Assembly: GCA_002269645.1 (NCBI GenBank)
Contig: NIVC01001186.1
Location: forward strand, 277,990-341,989
DNA from: Macrostomum lignano
Taxonomy: Eukaryota
DNA: 64,000 nt
Direction: 5' to 3'
Positions 35,350-48,065 of the stretch are shown here, one piece after another. Within the stretch, counting starts at the first letter, position 1, and each line of letters opens with the position of its first letter. A model generated the notes under the pieces. It saw only the letters and a list, made by a program, of their open reading frames with translations, made no database searches and was not told the origin of the DNA. The translations under genes were made by a program, and so were the position numbers.

Positions 35350-37387
35350 CCATAAAGGAACAACCTGTGCAACCAATTAATTAAAATGAATCAGATTGAG
35401 ATTTCCCCTTGACAACATTGGAAATGGAAATGAGCAAGTTCTCATCTTTGGCACCAATGAGAATTTATGGGTGCTGCAGATGGCAACTCAAATCTACGCA
35501 GATAGAACTAAGCAACAACTGCAATTTCCCATTGCAATCTGGAATGTTCAAGAGCAAACTCTTCCATCTCTTTAAGGATTTCATTGAATAAAAAATTGGT
35601 AAAGGCCTTGCACAAGAGAATTGCATAAGTTTGCCAAAAATGTACACACAAATATGCAAGTTTTGTACAAAAACTGTCTTGGCTATTTCTTATAGCAATC
35701 TTCTAGTTTGTTTTGCAGTTGTTTTTAATATTTTTTATCAAAAAGGGATAGGGAATGGTATTAGTAAATATACTTAAATAGAAACAATAGTCAATGAGTC
35801 AATTAAGGATACTAGTTAAGGTTATAGTGGATAATATGCCACACAATATAATAGGTCCAGAAGTTCTACCACAAGCCATACTTGAACCTGCTTTTAACAG
35901 CTATGGATGTGGCAATGCAATATAAAAAACTAATAAGAATATATCTGTTTAAAAAGTATAAACATAAAAAGTATCACATTTTTGCAGATATTACATATAT
36001 TCTAGGAAGTATTTGGCTATCTAATAAAGTGTATACCAGTAAATTATGCCAATTATGTATTTTAGTAAATTGTATGCTATTAAAAATTGCCTGATTAATA
36101 AGCAAATAACCAATGCAATAACTAGTATATGTAGAAAATAATTTCTAAAAGGAAACAAAACTTATATCTCATTTAAAAAATAAAAATAGTTAGTAAAACA
36201 AAATAGCTTTGTACATTATTTATTTAGGTATATTTTTGCTAGCACCTGTAGAAAATTTTAGTATAATTTGTGAAAATCTAATTTATTATTATAATTTTGA
36301 AATTAACTTTACTATAGCAAAGGATTGTTTAGCATAATTTTTATAATTATGATACATACTTCAATGCTTTTGTACACTGTGCTATAAGCTTGAGAATGAA
36401 TAGTTAAGAATTATAAGCCAATGATTATGTTAGAAAGTTGTATTTCCTCTTTACACGCCATATGTATACTAGCTGAAGCATTTGTATGCTAGCATTTTTT
36501 TGGCATATACTAATCTTTCTACAATATGAAAGTATCTTGTTTGGAACAATAGTTAGGATTATGTCAACTATGTGCCAGAACATTTTTAGATAAAAAAGAT
36601 ATTATAAACTCATCAAAAAACATTAATTATTAATTTTTATAATAACATTACTAGCATGAAAACTGAAATAAGGTAGACAAGAAAAAAATTAGAAATGTTA
36701 TATTTAGGCAACAAAAAAGTTTTAAAACATTTAAATTTTGTCCTTAAAATTAGTCTAGTAGATTTTAAATTAAAATATACATGGCAAAATCCAAAAATGT
36801 GCGATAAAATGGTAAAACAAATCTGCAGACATTTGATAGAAAGTAATGTATCTAAAAAAGGTTTTTGAAAGATAGATAGGTCTATAGAAAATAGTTCTGG
36901 ATAAAAACTATTGTTTTCATGCTATATATTGTTGAATAAATAAGAAAAAACCACAAAAAAGCCATTTTGAAAGTCCAAGTTGACCGAGTTGCAATTTTTT
37001 ATTTCACTTTTTTCATTATTAAACAATTAATTTTAAGACTTGTAAGCCTTAGAGAAGGCTAATTTTTTACTACTTACAAAACAGAAAGTAATCTGTGTTT
37101 TACTTTTTATTCAATTCAAAAAGATGAAGTATTTCTAAGGATTTCAAAGTTTTTGTAAAACCATATAAACTCGCGAAAATTCATACTAATATAAAGTGCA
37201 AAGTTTGCCAGCAAACATCTTTCTCTAAAAGTAAATATATCGCTAATTCCTTGTTGCAAAATAATCTTTAAGTTGTTTTCTTTCATTTAAATATCAACTT
37301 GCATAGTATTAGTATTTGTAATATGCCTATATTTAGACTTCAAAATTTTGGGTAAAAAATGGTACCACAAAATGTGAACCCAGCATT

Positions 37388-37730
37388 CAAATCAGATGCT
37401 TAATGTATGCTCATTAAGCGACAAAGAACAATGAAATTACACTAAAACATGTATCATCGCGGCGTGTATGCAGGAAAAAAAGAATTTCCCAAATCGCTTC
37501 AGTAGAAGCTGAGTAAAATGCAATTTTCCAATCCTTATGGGAATTCCAATGTGTTACCTGGCCTCCAAATCAGATGTTTACTGTATGCTCATTAAGCGAT
37601 GAAGAACAATGAAATTACACTAAAACATGTATCATCGCAGCGTATATGCAGGAAAAAAAGAATTTTCCAAATCTCTTTAGTAGAAGCTGAGTAAAATGCA
37701 ATTTTCCGATCCTTACGGGAATTTGTATGT
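37388..37730. repeat. Tandem duplication of a ~178-bp AT-rich unit (2 diverged copies)
   Basis: CAAATCAGATG...CTCATTAAGCGA...GTAGAAGCTGAGTAAAATGCAATTTTCC occurs at 37388 and 37566. Confidence 0.85.
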
Positions 37731-38719
37731 TTAAATAATAAACTTACATTGAATACAATTTATTGCAAATGAACTCTACAAAATACACGTTGTCAAGAGT
37801 AACAAAAGTGATAAACAAATAAACCCTTGAAAATAATGTTAAATATGTTGTAGAATTATAGAGTGTAACATTATAAGATAGTTAAAGTTAATAAAAAACA
37901 TTATTATAGCTTTTCTATCATTTTCATTCAACTCATTTTAGGTCGTAATTAAACTTACCATTTTAACAAATCATTTTATCAAAAATTAAGCTATACAAAA
38001 ATAATTTGTGCTTTAATAGACTTTTTTTACCTTTTAAAAACTTGAATAAATTTATTTTATAGCTTTATTGCTTTCAAATTGCCAAAAAACGAATTTTCAT
38101 AAAACTTGCCCCCGATTTTTGGATTTCACCATATTCTTAATTTATTTTATATTTTATATGCTACATTTTAACTACTACATGCCCTGCTTTATATCGGTCT
38201 AGCACTACTACACTGCAACTGCATTCCTTGTGCCCCATAGTTAGGAAGATGGCCTTTTTACATAAATTCTAGCACAAAGGAGGTTGAATATGCATCATAT
38301 TGGCATACTCTGGCGCAATAGCAGTCAATTGAGAAAAATCTGATACGAAACAGCATAAAACAAAAAATGGCATAACTTATTAAAAGACAAAAACTTTTGG
38401 CAAGACAATATTTTTGCAAATAGAAAATTAACATGTAAGGGGCCTAATTTCTTTTTATTGGGGGCCTAGGCCTATAGCATTTCAAGCATTGTTTAAGGCT
38501 AAGCACCTATTTTAAAACAGCACTACTGCATCCTGCATTGGTCACTGATGCATAGGTGGTATCATACAATAATAAAACACTGCTTATTAGAAAAGGACTA
38601 GCAATCTTCGCCCCCCGATGGGGGACATCTGGATAGAATCCTTGTTCTTTACAAATAACAAATAGACAGCGAAATAAAACCTTCAAAAAACAACAACAGA
38701 CATTCCCTCTAAAAACAAA

Positions 38720-39240
38720 ACATCCCAAGACAGCAAGCATCCTCAGACAGCATTCAAGCATCGATCCCCAAATAGCAAGCATCCCCAGACTGCAAGCATC
38801 CCCCAGGTAGCAAGCATCCCCCAGGTAGCAAGCATCCCCCGATAGCAAGCAACCCCAGATAGCAAACATCCCCAGATAGCAAGCATTTCCTCAGACCCCA
38901 GATAGCAAGCATCCCCCAGTTCGCAAGCATCCCCCAGTTCGCAAGCATCCCCCAGTGCGCAAGCATCCCCCAGTTCGCAAGCATCCCCCAGACAGCAAGC
39001 AACCCCAGATAGCAAGCATTCCCTCAGACCCCAGATAGCAAGCATCCCCCAGTTCGCAAGCATCCCCCAGACAGCAAGCAACCCCTGATAGCAAGCATAA
39101 CCTGGATACAAAGATACCTTATAGATATCTAGCAACCCCCTCTCAGATAGCAAGTACCCTCCACCCACAAGAGCAAGCATCCCCCTGCAAGCAAGTATCC
39201 ATCCTTAAAAAGCAAGCATCCACCAGAGAACAAGTAGCTA
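38720..39240. repeat. Minisatellite, 18-bp unit (CAGATAGCAAGCATCCCC), reverse complement of the array at 22004-22260
   Basis: Tandem repetition. Confidence 0.93.
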
Positions 39241-39289
39241 GTGCAACAATTTCCTTAGCTTTATAATGGTTCCATTTTGTTTGGCATGA

Positions 39290-42200
39290 CACTTCTTTTA
39301 TGTTTGAAATGGGGTCTCTTTTTTGTTTAAAAAGGTGGCTCTTTAATGTTTGACATGGTGGCTCTTCTATGTTTGACATGGTAGCTTCTTTGTGTTTGAC
39401 ATGATAGCTCTTTAATGTTTGACATGGTGGCTCTTTAATGTTTGACATTGAGTCACGTAAATGTTTCACATGATGGCTCTTTTATGTTTGACATGATGGC
39501 TCTTTTATATTTTACATGGTGGCTCTTTAATGTTGGACATGGTGGCTCTTTAATGTTTGAAATGGTGGCACTTTTATGTTTGACATGGTGGCTCTTTAAT
39601 GTTCGCCATGGTGGCTCTTTAATGTTTGACATGGTGGCACTTTTATGTTGGACATGGTCGCTCTTTAATGTTCGCCATGGTGGCTCTTTAATGTTTGACA
39701 TGGTGGCTCTTTTATGTTTGACATGGTGGCTCTTTAATGTTCGCCATGGTGGCTCTGTTATGTTTGACATGGAGTCACGTATACGTTTGACATAGTGTCT
39801 CTTCTATGTTTTACATGGTGGCTATTCTGTGTTTGACATGATAGCTCTTTAATGTTTGACATGGAGTCACGTATATTTTTGACATAATGGCACTTTTATG
39901 TTTGACATGGTGGCTCTTTTATGTTTGACATCGTTGCTCTTTTATGTTTGGCATGGTGGCTCTTAAATGTTCGACATGGTGGCTCTTAAATGTTTGGCAT
40001 GGTGGCTCTTTTATATTTGGCATGGTGGCTCTTTTATGTTCGACATGGTGGCTCTTTTATGTTCGACATGGTGGCTCTTTTATGTTCGACATGGTGGCTC
40101 TTTTATGTTTGACATGCTGGCCCTTTAATGTTCGACATGGTGGCTCTTTAATTTTTGACATAGTGGCACTTTTATGTTTGACATGGTGGCACTTTTATGT
40201 TTGACATGGAGTCACGTATACGTTTGACATAGTGTCTCTTCAATGTTTAACATGGTGGCTATTTTGTGTTTGACATGATAGCTCTTTAATGTTTGACATG
40301 GAGTCCCGTATATTTTTGACATAATGGCACTTTTATGTTTGACATGGTGGCTCTTTTATGTTTGACATTGTTGCTCTTTTATGTTTGGCATGGTGGCTCT
40401 TAAATGTTCGACATGGTGGCTCTTAAATGTTTGGCATGGTGGCTCTTTTATATTTGGCATGGTGGCTCTTTTATGTTCGACATGGTGGCTCTTTTATGTT
40501 CGACATGGTGGCTCTTTTATGTTTGACATGCTGGCCCTTTAATGTTCGACATGGTGGCTCTTTAATTTTTGACATAGTGGCACTTTTATGTTTGACATGG
40601 TGGCACTTTTATGTTTGACATGGAGTCACGTATACGTTTGACATAGTGTCTTTTCAATGTTTGACATGGTGGCTATTTTGTGTTTGACATGATAGCTCTT
40701 TAATGTTTGACATGGTAGCTCTTTAATGTTCGCCATGGTGGCTTTTTAATGTTTGACATGGTGGCTCTTTTATGTTTGACATGGTGGCTCTTTACTGTGT
40801 GAAATAGTGGCTCTTTAATGTTCTACATGGTAACTCTTTTATGTTTGACATGGTGGCTTTTTAATGTCTGACATGGTGGCTCTTTTATGTTTGACATGGT
40901 GGCTCTTCTATGTTTAACATGGTGGCTCTTTTATGTTTGATACGGTGGCTTTTTAATGTCTAACATGGTGGCTCTTTTATGTTTGACATGGTGGCTCTTC
41001 TATGTTTAACATGGTGGCTCTTTTATGTTTGACACGGTGGCTCTTTAATGTTCGACAAAGTGGCTATTTGATGTTTGATATGGTGACTCTTAAATGTTAT
41101 ACATGGTGGCTCTTTACTGTTTGAAATGGTGGCTCTTTAATGTTCGAAATGGTGGCTCTTTTATGTTTGACATGGTGGCTCTTTTAGGTTTGACATGATT
41201 GCACTTTTATGTTTTGACATGGTAGCTCTTAAATGTTTGACATGGTAGCCCTTAAATGTTTGACATGGTAGCTCTTTTATGTTCGACATGGTGGCTCTTT
41301 TAGGTTTGAAATGGTGGCTCTTTAATGTTTAACCTGGTGGCTCTTTTATGTTTGACACGGCGGCTCTCTAGTGTTTGACAAAGTGGCTATTTAATGTTCG
41401 AAATGGTGGCTCTTTAAAGTTTGACATAAAGTCACATATATGTTTGAGATGGTGGCTCTTAAATGTTTGACATGGTGGCTCTTAAATGTTTGACATGGTG
41501 GCTCTTTAATGTTCTTCATGGTGGCTCTTTAATATTCTACATGGTGGCTCTTTTATGTTCGACATGATGGCTTTTTAATGTCTGACATGGTGGCTCTTTT
41601 ATGTTTGACATGGTGGCTCTTTAATGTTTAACATGGTGGCTCTTTAATGTTCTACATGGTAACTCTTTTATGTTTGATACGGTGGCTTTTTAATGTCTGA
41701 CATGGTGGCTCTTTTATGTTTGACATGGTGGCTCTTTAATGTTCTTCATGGTGGCTCTTTAATATTCTACATGGTGGCTCTTTTATGTTCGACATGGTGG
41801 CTGTTTTTTGTTCTACATGGTAACTCTTTTATGTTTGATACGGTGGCTTTTTAATGTCTGACATGGTGGCTCTTTTATGTTTGACATGGTGGCTCTTCTA
41901 TGTTTAACATGGTGGCTCTTTTATGTTTGACACGGTGGCTCTTTAATGTTCGACAAAGTAGCTATTTGATGTTTGATATGGTGACTCCTAAATGTTTTAC
42001 ATGGTGGCTCTTCTATGTTTGACATGGTGGCTCTTTATTGTTTGACATGGTGGCTCTTTAATGTTTAACCTGGTGGCTCTTTTATGTTTGACACGGCGGC
42101 TCTCTAATGTTTGACAAAGTGGCTATTTAATGTTCGAAATGGTGGCTCTTTAAAGTTTGACATAAAGTCACATATATGTTTGACATGGTGGCTCTTAAAT

Positions 42201-42560
42201 GTTTGACATGGTGGCTCTTAAATGTTTGACATGGTGGCTCTTAAATGTTTGACATGGTGGCTCTTAAATGTTAGACGTGGTGGCTTGTTTAGGTTTGACA
42301 TGGTGGCTCTTTAATGTTTGACATAATGGCTCTTAAATGTTTGACATGGTGGCTCTTAAATGTTAGAAATGTTAGACGTGGTGGCTTGTTTAGGTTTGAC
42401 ATAGTGGCTCTTCTATGTTTGAAATGGTGGCTTTTTAATCGTTGACATGGAGTCACGTATATGTTTGACATAGTGCTTATTTTATGTTTGACATGGTAAC
42501 TCTTTTATATTCGAAATGTTGGCTCTTTAATGTTCGACATGGTGGCTCTTCTATGTTTGA
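39290..42560. repeat. ~3.3-kb diverged minisatellite, 22-23 bp unit (ATGTTTGACATGGTGGCTCTTTT), with internal higher-order duplications
   Basis: Tandem repetition. Blocks such as ~39770-40190 and ~40210-40670 are duplicated. Confidence 0.95.
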
Positions 42561-45448
42561 CATTGCGCTTCTATTATGTTTAGCAGTTTTGTTGTGTTTT
42601 TAAGGTGTTTTAATAAAAAAATCTTTTTGCACTACTAAGATTCGAACCCAGGTTGCTACATTAGCATTCCAGTCTGTTCGCATCTCGGCTATCTCTTTTC
42701 AATTGGAGAACGTGAATTGTGGCCCTTATAATTCAATTCTTACAGCAAGTTAATTGAAGTAAAAAGTAATGACATAATCAATTTCTCAGTCAGCCAGTAT
42801 CAGTCTCAATTTAAGTTAGCAATATTGGTTACGCAATTTAAATCAAGTCGTGTGTGCATTTCTTCGGCACTGTTTTCAACTTGTTGTGATGCAATCTTTA
42901 TCACAATCGGAATTCAGCCAGTCGGTTTTTTCTCTAGCATTCTTACAATGAATTTTAGGTCGAAAGAGCTGCTTGACCTTTGCAAAAAAGCAGGTTTTTC
43001 GAATATTTAATCCCTTTAAAATTGAGCAATTTTTTAGCCAAGATGCATGTACCGTCCCAGGAAAATTTCTAATCAAATGGTGCAAGTTTGAAGAAAATCG
43101 GTTGAGCCATTTTTTCTGAAATCTATCGCATACCTACCCACATACAGACAACTCATTTTTAGTATATAGGACAAAATGGTGATTTATTTGCAAAAAATAA
43201 AAACTCTAATCGTTAAAACAGTCTCATTCATAAATTATTCTCCCATAAGCGTAGCTGTTAAGCATGCATTTTTTGCCTCTGGAGTCTGGACTCTTTCTAA
43301 CAAAGGTGCGCGCACAATTTGGTGATGCCACATTGTCAAATACAGTTTTAAATAAACATTGTTTAAAGTTTTTACCCTTGCACCTTTAATATATAGTCTA
43401 AAGATTAAGTCAAAGTTAAAAATGCTACTTTAGATCTAAGTTAGGCCCCCCTATCCACCATTTTTAATTATTTTTTCTTTTCCTGGGGTCTCTAGGGAAT
43501 GACAGTAAATTTCTTGGGTTATAGCTATAGATAGGAATAATTTTCTTAAATTCTTACACAATAATTAGGCCTAGCAAGTGTTATTTAAATTGATTGTTAT
43601 GTTAACGCCTTTAAAAAAAGAAACAAAATTTTAACATTACACCAATATTATACCATGTTACTCAATCAATCATTACAGTACGGGCCTAGGCATAATCTAA
43701 ATTGATTGATTGACGTGCAAACCAAATAAAACGCTATGTTGTTGTCACTTCATAATTGTTTGGCTTAGCAACTTTGGCTTAGCAGATTTGCCTAAAAATT
43801 ACACGAAGCTCTTATTTTTGCAAACATAACAACCAAAAAACAATAAACTACAAAAATGATCTCGTCCGACAATAACGAAGGCGTTAGTATTTTCCACACA
43901 AAAAAGCAAGCACAGAGTCACAGACCAGCGACCAGAACGTACGTAACACGTAACACGTAACACGTAACAAAAGAAAAAAAGGATTTCTTAGAAAATAAAT
44001 CGAGGTCATTTTCCTTGTAGGCTAGCTACTGAAATTTTTATTGAAAAATAAATGCAACTGTATAAAGCAAAATATTACTTTCTAAATCTTTATTTGAAAA
44101 ATATAGTGTTCAGTTAAGCTATGTTGCTCAACTTGTTTTAACGTTTAAAGCATAGAGTAATCTTTAAAATATCCGGAGTGATCTGACTTTTTTACTGCCG
44201 AAGTTTGCAAATTGCTGTACGAAAATCTGATAGTGAGGATAAATTTAGCTCGTATCGCTACTGCTAGCTACTTAAGCTGAAATTCGTGTTGTGAAAACAG
44301 CTTAGCTACATACTGCCTAAGCTTATGCGCTACAACATAATCTTATATTGTCAAATATTATCCACCCCAATCCTGCCCCTTCATTTTGAGCCAAATAGCT
44401 CCCGTTATGCCGAAAACCCGACCACTTTAGCATTTGGAGATTTCTATGGGGAGAAATCGGATAAATTTGGATTTCATGTGAACTTAAGGCTCTAGTAGGA
44501 GCTTCAAATGCTTAAATGACGAGATGACCAGGATGACCAGATTACTATGCCATCCATGAGCGTCATCACGCGATCAACGACTGACTCATCTGGCGATCAG
44601 ATCTATCAGTCCCAGGACGACCACACCACAGCCTCTGCTGAAGCGGCCCCTAAAGGGCGGTCCCTGCCGACCCAAGCTGCATGCATGCCCACAACCGCCG
44701 GCAACGTCAGCCGCCCCGACTATGGCCTCCTCCCGTCTCATCCCCGATCACTGTTTTGTCACCTGCTGCACCTTTCATCGACGTCAACGCCCTCCTCACC
44801 TCCATGACTGCGATGATGCAGCAGAACAGATCCATAAAAAATCCCCCCACGAATTCAGACATTGATCGACCTGTAGGATAATTAAAATTATTAAAACCGT
44901 CTAGCTGTCACAACTTTGGTGGCAGCAGTGGAATATTCTAAAAAGAAAAAAATTAGAGCCCTAACTTATGTACACGTACAATCCCAACTATTTTTTAATT
45001 GTATAGCTATGGAAATGTGCTTGGCATCTGTGGTAACCTATCACTTTCAAATTGAAATTCAAAATTTGAACTTTGCAACTTGAAAATACCAAAATGCATG
45101 CGATATTTTACGAGTATGCTCGTAGAGATAAAAAATGACTGAACACATTAGCGATCAGATTTTAGCCAGACTATTTTGGTTGGTTAGAGCTTCAATCGTC
45201 AAATAGCAAGAGTCATGTCAACTTCTACCTGCTCTACTGCCTGCATCTACACTAAATATGGAACCGATTGACTGAAATACAATCGCAATAGCCCATCGAA
45301 GGAATTCTTAGAAACTGAATCGTTTTCTTCGGCTTCAGTACGTTACTTTGACTATTAGGATAATTTACAGCATAAAATTTGCAGACTACCAGTCTACAGT
45401 CTTGGCAGTGAAAATCTTAAGGAATAAATTTTGATAAATAATCATCAA

Positions 45449-46204
45449 ATGCCAACAAAGACGCTTAGCCAACTGTTTTCCGTTTTTCTCTTCATGCTAA
45501 AAGTCGTGCAGGCAGCTGACGTGGCTTCGTATTCAAGCATCAACGGCAGCCTCTGCATCAACAAAGAGTTCGTTCGTAGCCTCTCCGACGTTGTTTCAAT
45601 GGCCGGCTGCGCCTTCTGGTGCAGCAGCGACCGGCGCTGTCAGGCGTTCAGCCTGGCTGACGGTCCGTGCCAGCTGTTCGTGTTCGACAAGTGCAGCAAG
45701 TCGGTGAGGAACTGCGGCTGCTCCAGGAGAGGCCAGGTGTTTGTGAAGCAGCAGCCGGGACTCGAGGCTGGGGCGCTGTGTCCGTCTGGCTACGGAGACG
45801 ACCTGTGCGGAGTGAAGTACAAGCTGCATAGTGAGACGGGCAACTGGAAAAAGAGCAAAGAGAAGTGCGAGTCGGAGAGCGGCCTGGTGATCATGGCCGA
45901 TGTGGTTGACGCCACCGAGATGGACAACGTGGAAAATATTTACAAGTCGCGCAGTTCTGGTCAATCGGTTTTTCTCGGAGGCCACCAGAAAGTAGGAAGT
46001 TCAGAGCCGTCAGGAGGCTGGCACTGGGTCGCCTGCAACATCCCTTTGAGCAGCAGCTTGTGGGGTCATGATGAGCCAAACAATCTGGGAGGTGGTAACG
46101 AGAATGCTGTTGCACGGTATCACAGTATCCCAAAGCTGGTCGATATGAACGAGGCCTCTGATCTGTCCAAAGTTCTGTGCGAGTGCGCGTCGCCATTCAA
46201 CTGA
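45449..46204 (+). CDS. Secreted PAN/apple-like + C-type lectin domain protein (paralog A), intronless, ~251 aa
   Basis: Signal peptide MPTKTLSQLFSVFLFMLKVVQA, a PAN-type C..WC....RCQAF....C pattern, and a CTL domain (W..SKEKC, FLGG, WHW, EPNN, LCE). Confidence 0.85.
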   Translation: MPTKTLSQLFSVFLFMLKVVQAADVASYSSINGSLCINKEFVRSLSDVVSMAGCAFWCSSDRRCQAFSLADGPCQLFVFDKCSKSVRNCGCSRRGQVFVKQQPGLEAGALCPSGYGDDLCGVKYKLHSETGNWKKSKEKCESESGLVIMADVVDATEMDNVENIYKSRSSGQSVFLGGHQKVGSSEPSGGWHWVACNIPLSSSLWGHDEPNNLGGGNENAVARYHSIPKLVDMNEASDLSKVLCECASPFN

Positions 46205-46452
46205 GTTGCATGGCATATCTCTGCCCTGAGTTTGTCGTCGCAGCGTGTGCGAATCAAAGCTGGAGCTTTTGTAGACTGTACTTGAAGTCTAATAGCTACA
46301 TAGTTAGGTATTGTGAGTGTTAAAAATCTTTTTGGATCGCCAAATACGCTTGTAATAATTGGAATAATTCACTGAAAATAGACGATGAACAGGCCATTAG
46401 GATTTGCAAGATCCAAAGTGCATTAAGTGAATGCTTTTGTCTTGTCCTGTTT

Positions 46453-48065
46453 TAATGACCTAGCAGATTTGAGTTAGTGCTTGAGAAGAGTAGTAATGAC
46501 CTAGCAGATTTGAGTTAGTGCTTCAGAAGAGTAGTAATGACCTAGCAGATTTGAGTTAGTGCTTGAGAAGAGTCGTAATGACCTAGCAGATTTGAGTTAG
46601 TAGATTTGAGTTAGTGCTTGAGAAGAGTAGTAATGACCTAGCAGATTTGAGTTAGTGCTTGAGAAGAATCGTAATGACCTAGCAAATTTGAGTTAGTGCT
46701 TGAGAAGAGTAGTAATGACCTAGCAGATTTGAGTTAGTGCTTGAGAAGAGTCGTAATGACCTAGCAGATTTGAGTTAGTAGATTTGAGTTAGTGCTTGAG
46801 AAGAGTAGTAATGACCTAGCAGATTTGAGTTAGTGCTTGAGAAGAGTCGTAATGACCTAGCAGATTTGAGTTAGTGCTTGAGAAGAGTCGTAATGACCTA
46901 GCAGATTTGAGTTAGTGCTTGAGAAGAGTCGTAATGACCTAGCAGATTTGAGTTAGTGCTTGAGAAGAGTCGTAATGACCTAGCAGATTTGAGTTAGTAG
47001 ATTTGAGTTAGTGCTTGAGAAGAGTAGTAATGACCTAGCAGATTTGAGTTAGTGCTTGAGAAGAGTCGTAATGACCTAGCAGATTTGAGTTAGTGCTTGA
47101 GAAGAGTAGTAATGACCTAGCAGATTTGAGTTAGTAGATTTGAGTTAGTGCTTGAGAAGAGTAGTAATGACCTAGCAGATTTGAGTTAGTGCTTGAGAAG
47201 AGTAGTAATGACCTAGCAGATTTGAGTTAGTAGATTTGAGTTAGTGCTTGAGAAGAGTCGTAATGACCTAGCAGATTTGAGTTAGTGCTTGAGAAGAGTC
47301 GTAATGACCTAGCAGATTTGAGTTAAGTGCTTGAGAAGAGTAGTAATGACCTAGCAGATTTGAGTTAGTGCTTGAGAAGAGTCGTAATGACCTAGCAGAT
47401 TTGAGTTAGTGCTTGAGAAGAGTCGTAATGACCTAGCAGATTTGAGTTAGTGCTTGAGAAGAGTAGTAATGACCTAGCAGATTTGAGTTAGTAGATTTGA
47501 GTTAGTGCTTGAGAAGAGTAGTAATGACCTAGCAGATTTGAGTTAGTGCTTGAGAAGAGTCGTAATGACCTAGCAGATTTGAGTTAGTGCTTGAGAAGAG
47601 TAGTAATGACCTAGCAGATTTGAGTTAGTGCTTGAGAAGAGTAGTAATGACCTAGCAGATTTGAGTTAGTAGATTTGAGTTAGTGCTTGAGAAGAGTAGT
47701 AATGACCTAGCAGATTTGAGTTAGTGCTTGAGAAGAGTCGTAATGACCTAGCAGATTTGAGTTAGTGCTTGAGAAGAGTAGTAATGACCTAGCAGATTTG
47801 AGTTAGTGCTTGAGAAGAGTAGAAATGACCTAGCAGATTTGAGTTAGTGCTTGAGAAGAGTAGTAATGACCTAGCAGATTTGAGTTAGTGCTTGAGAAGA
47901 GTCGTAATGACTGAGTCAGTGCTTGAGTATAGTTGTTATGACTGAGTCAGTGCTTGAGTATAGTTGTAATGACTGAGTCAGTGCTTGAGTATAGTTGTAA
48001 TGACTGAGTCAGTGCTTGAGTATAGTTGTAATGACTGAGTCAGTGCTTGAGCAGAGTTGTATTGA
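46453..48065. repeat. Minisatellite, 41-bp unit (GTAATGACCTAGCAGATTTGAGTTAGTGCTTGAGAAGAGTA), changing to a related 31-bp unit after ~47905
   Basis: Tandem repetition; some units carry a 14-bp internal duplication. Confidence 0.95.

Larger units (their letters stand above)
38598..43171 (-). mobile_element. Probable non-autonomous Helitron (~4.6 kb) carrying two minisatellites
   Basis: Minus-strand 5' end TCCTATATACTAAAAATGAG-TTGTCTGTATG...GGCTCAACCGATTTTCTTCAAACTT resembles Lep1-type Helitron heads. The 3' end has a hairpin GTCCCCC-ATC-GGGGGGC followed by AAGATTGCTAG|T. Linking the two ends as one element is inference. Confidence 0.6.

Noticed and set aside
42635-42700. tRNA-like sequence on the minus strand (GGGTTCGAATC)
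   Set aside because: Only a B-box-like fragment with no cloverleaf; probably a decayed SINE head inside the Helitron-like element.
44547-44881. Pro-rich, gag-like fragments
   Set aside because: Short, frame-broken, and without a zinc knuckle or LTR context.
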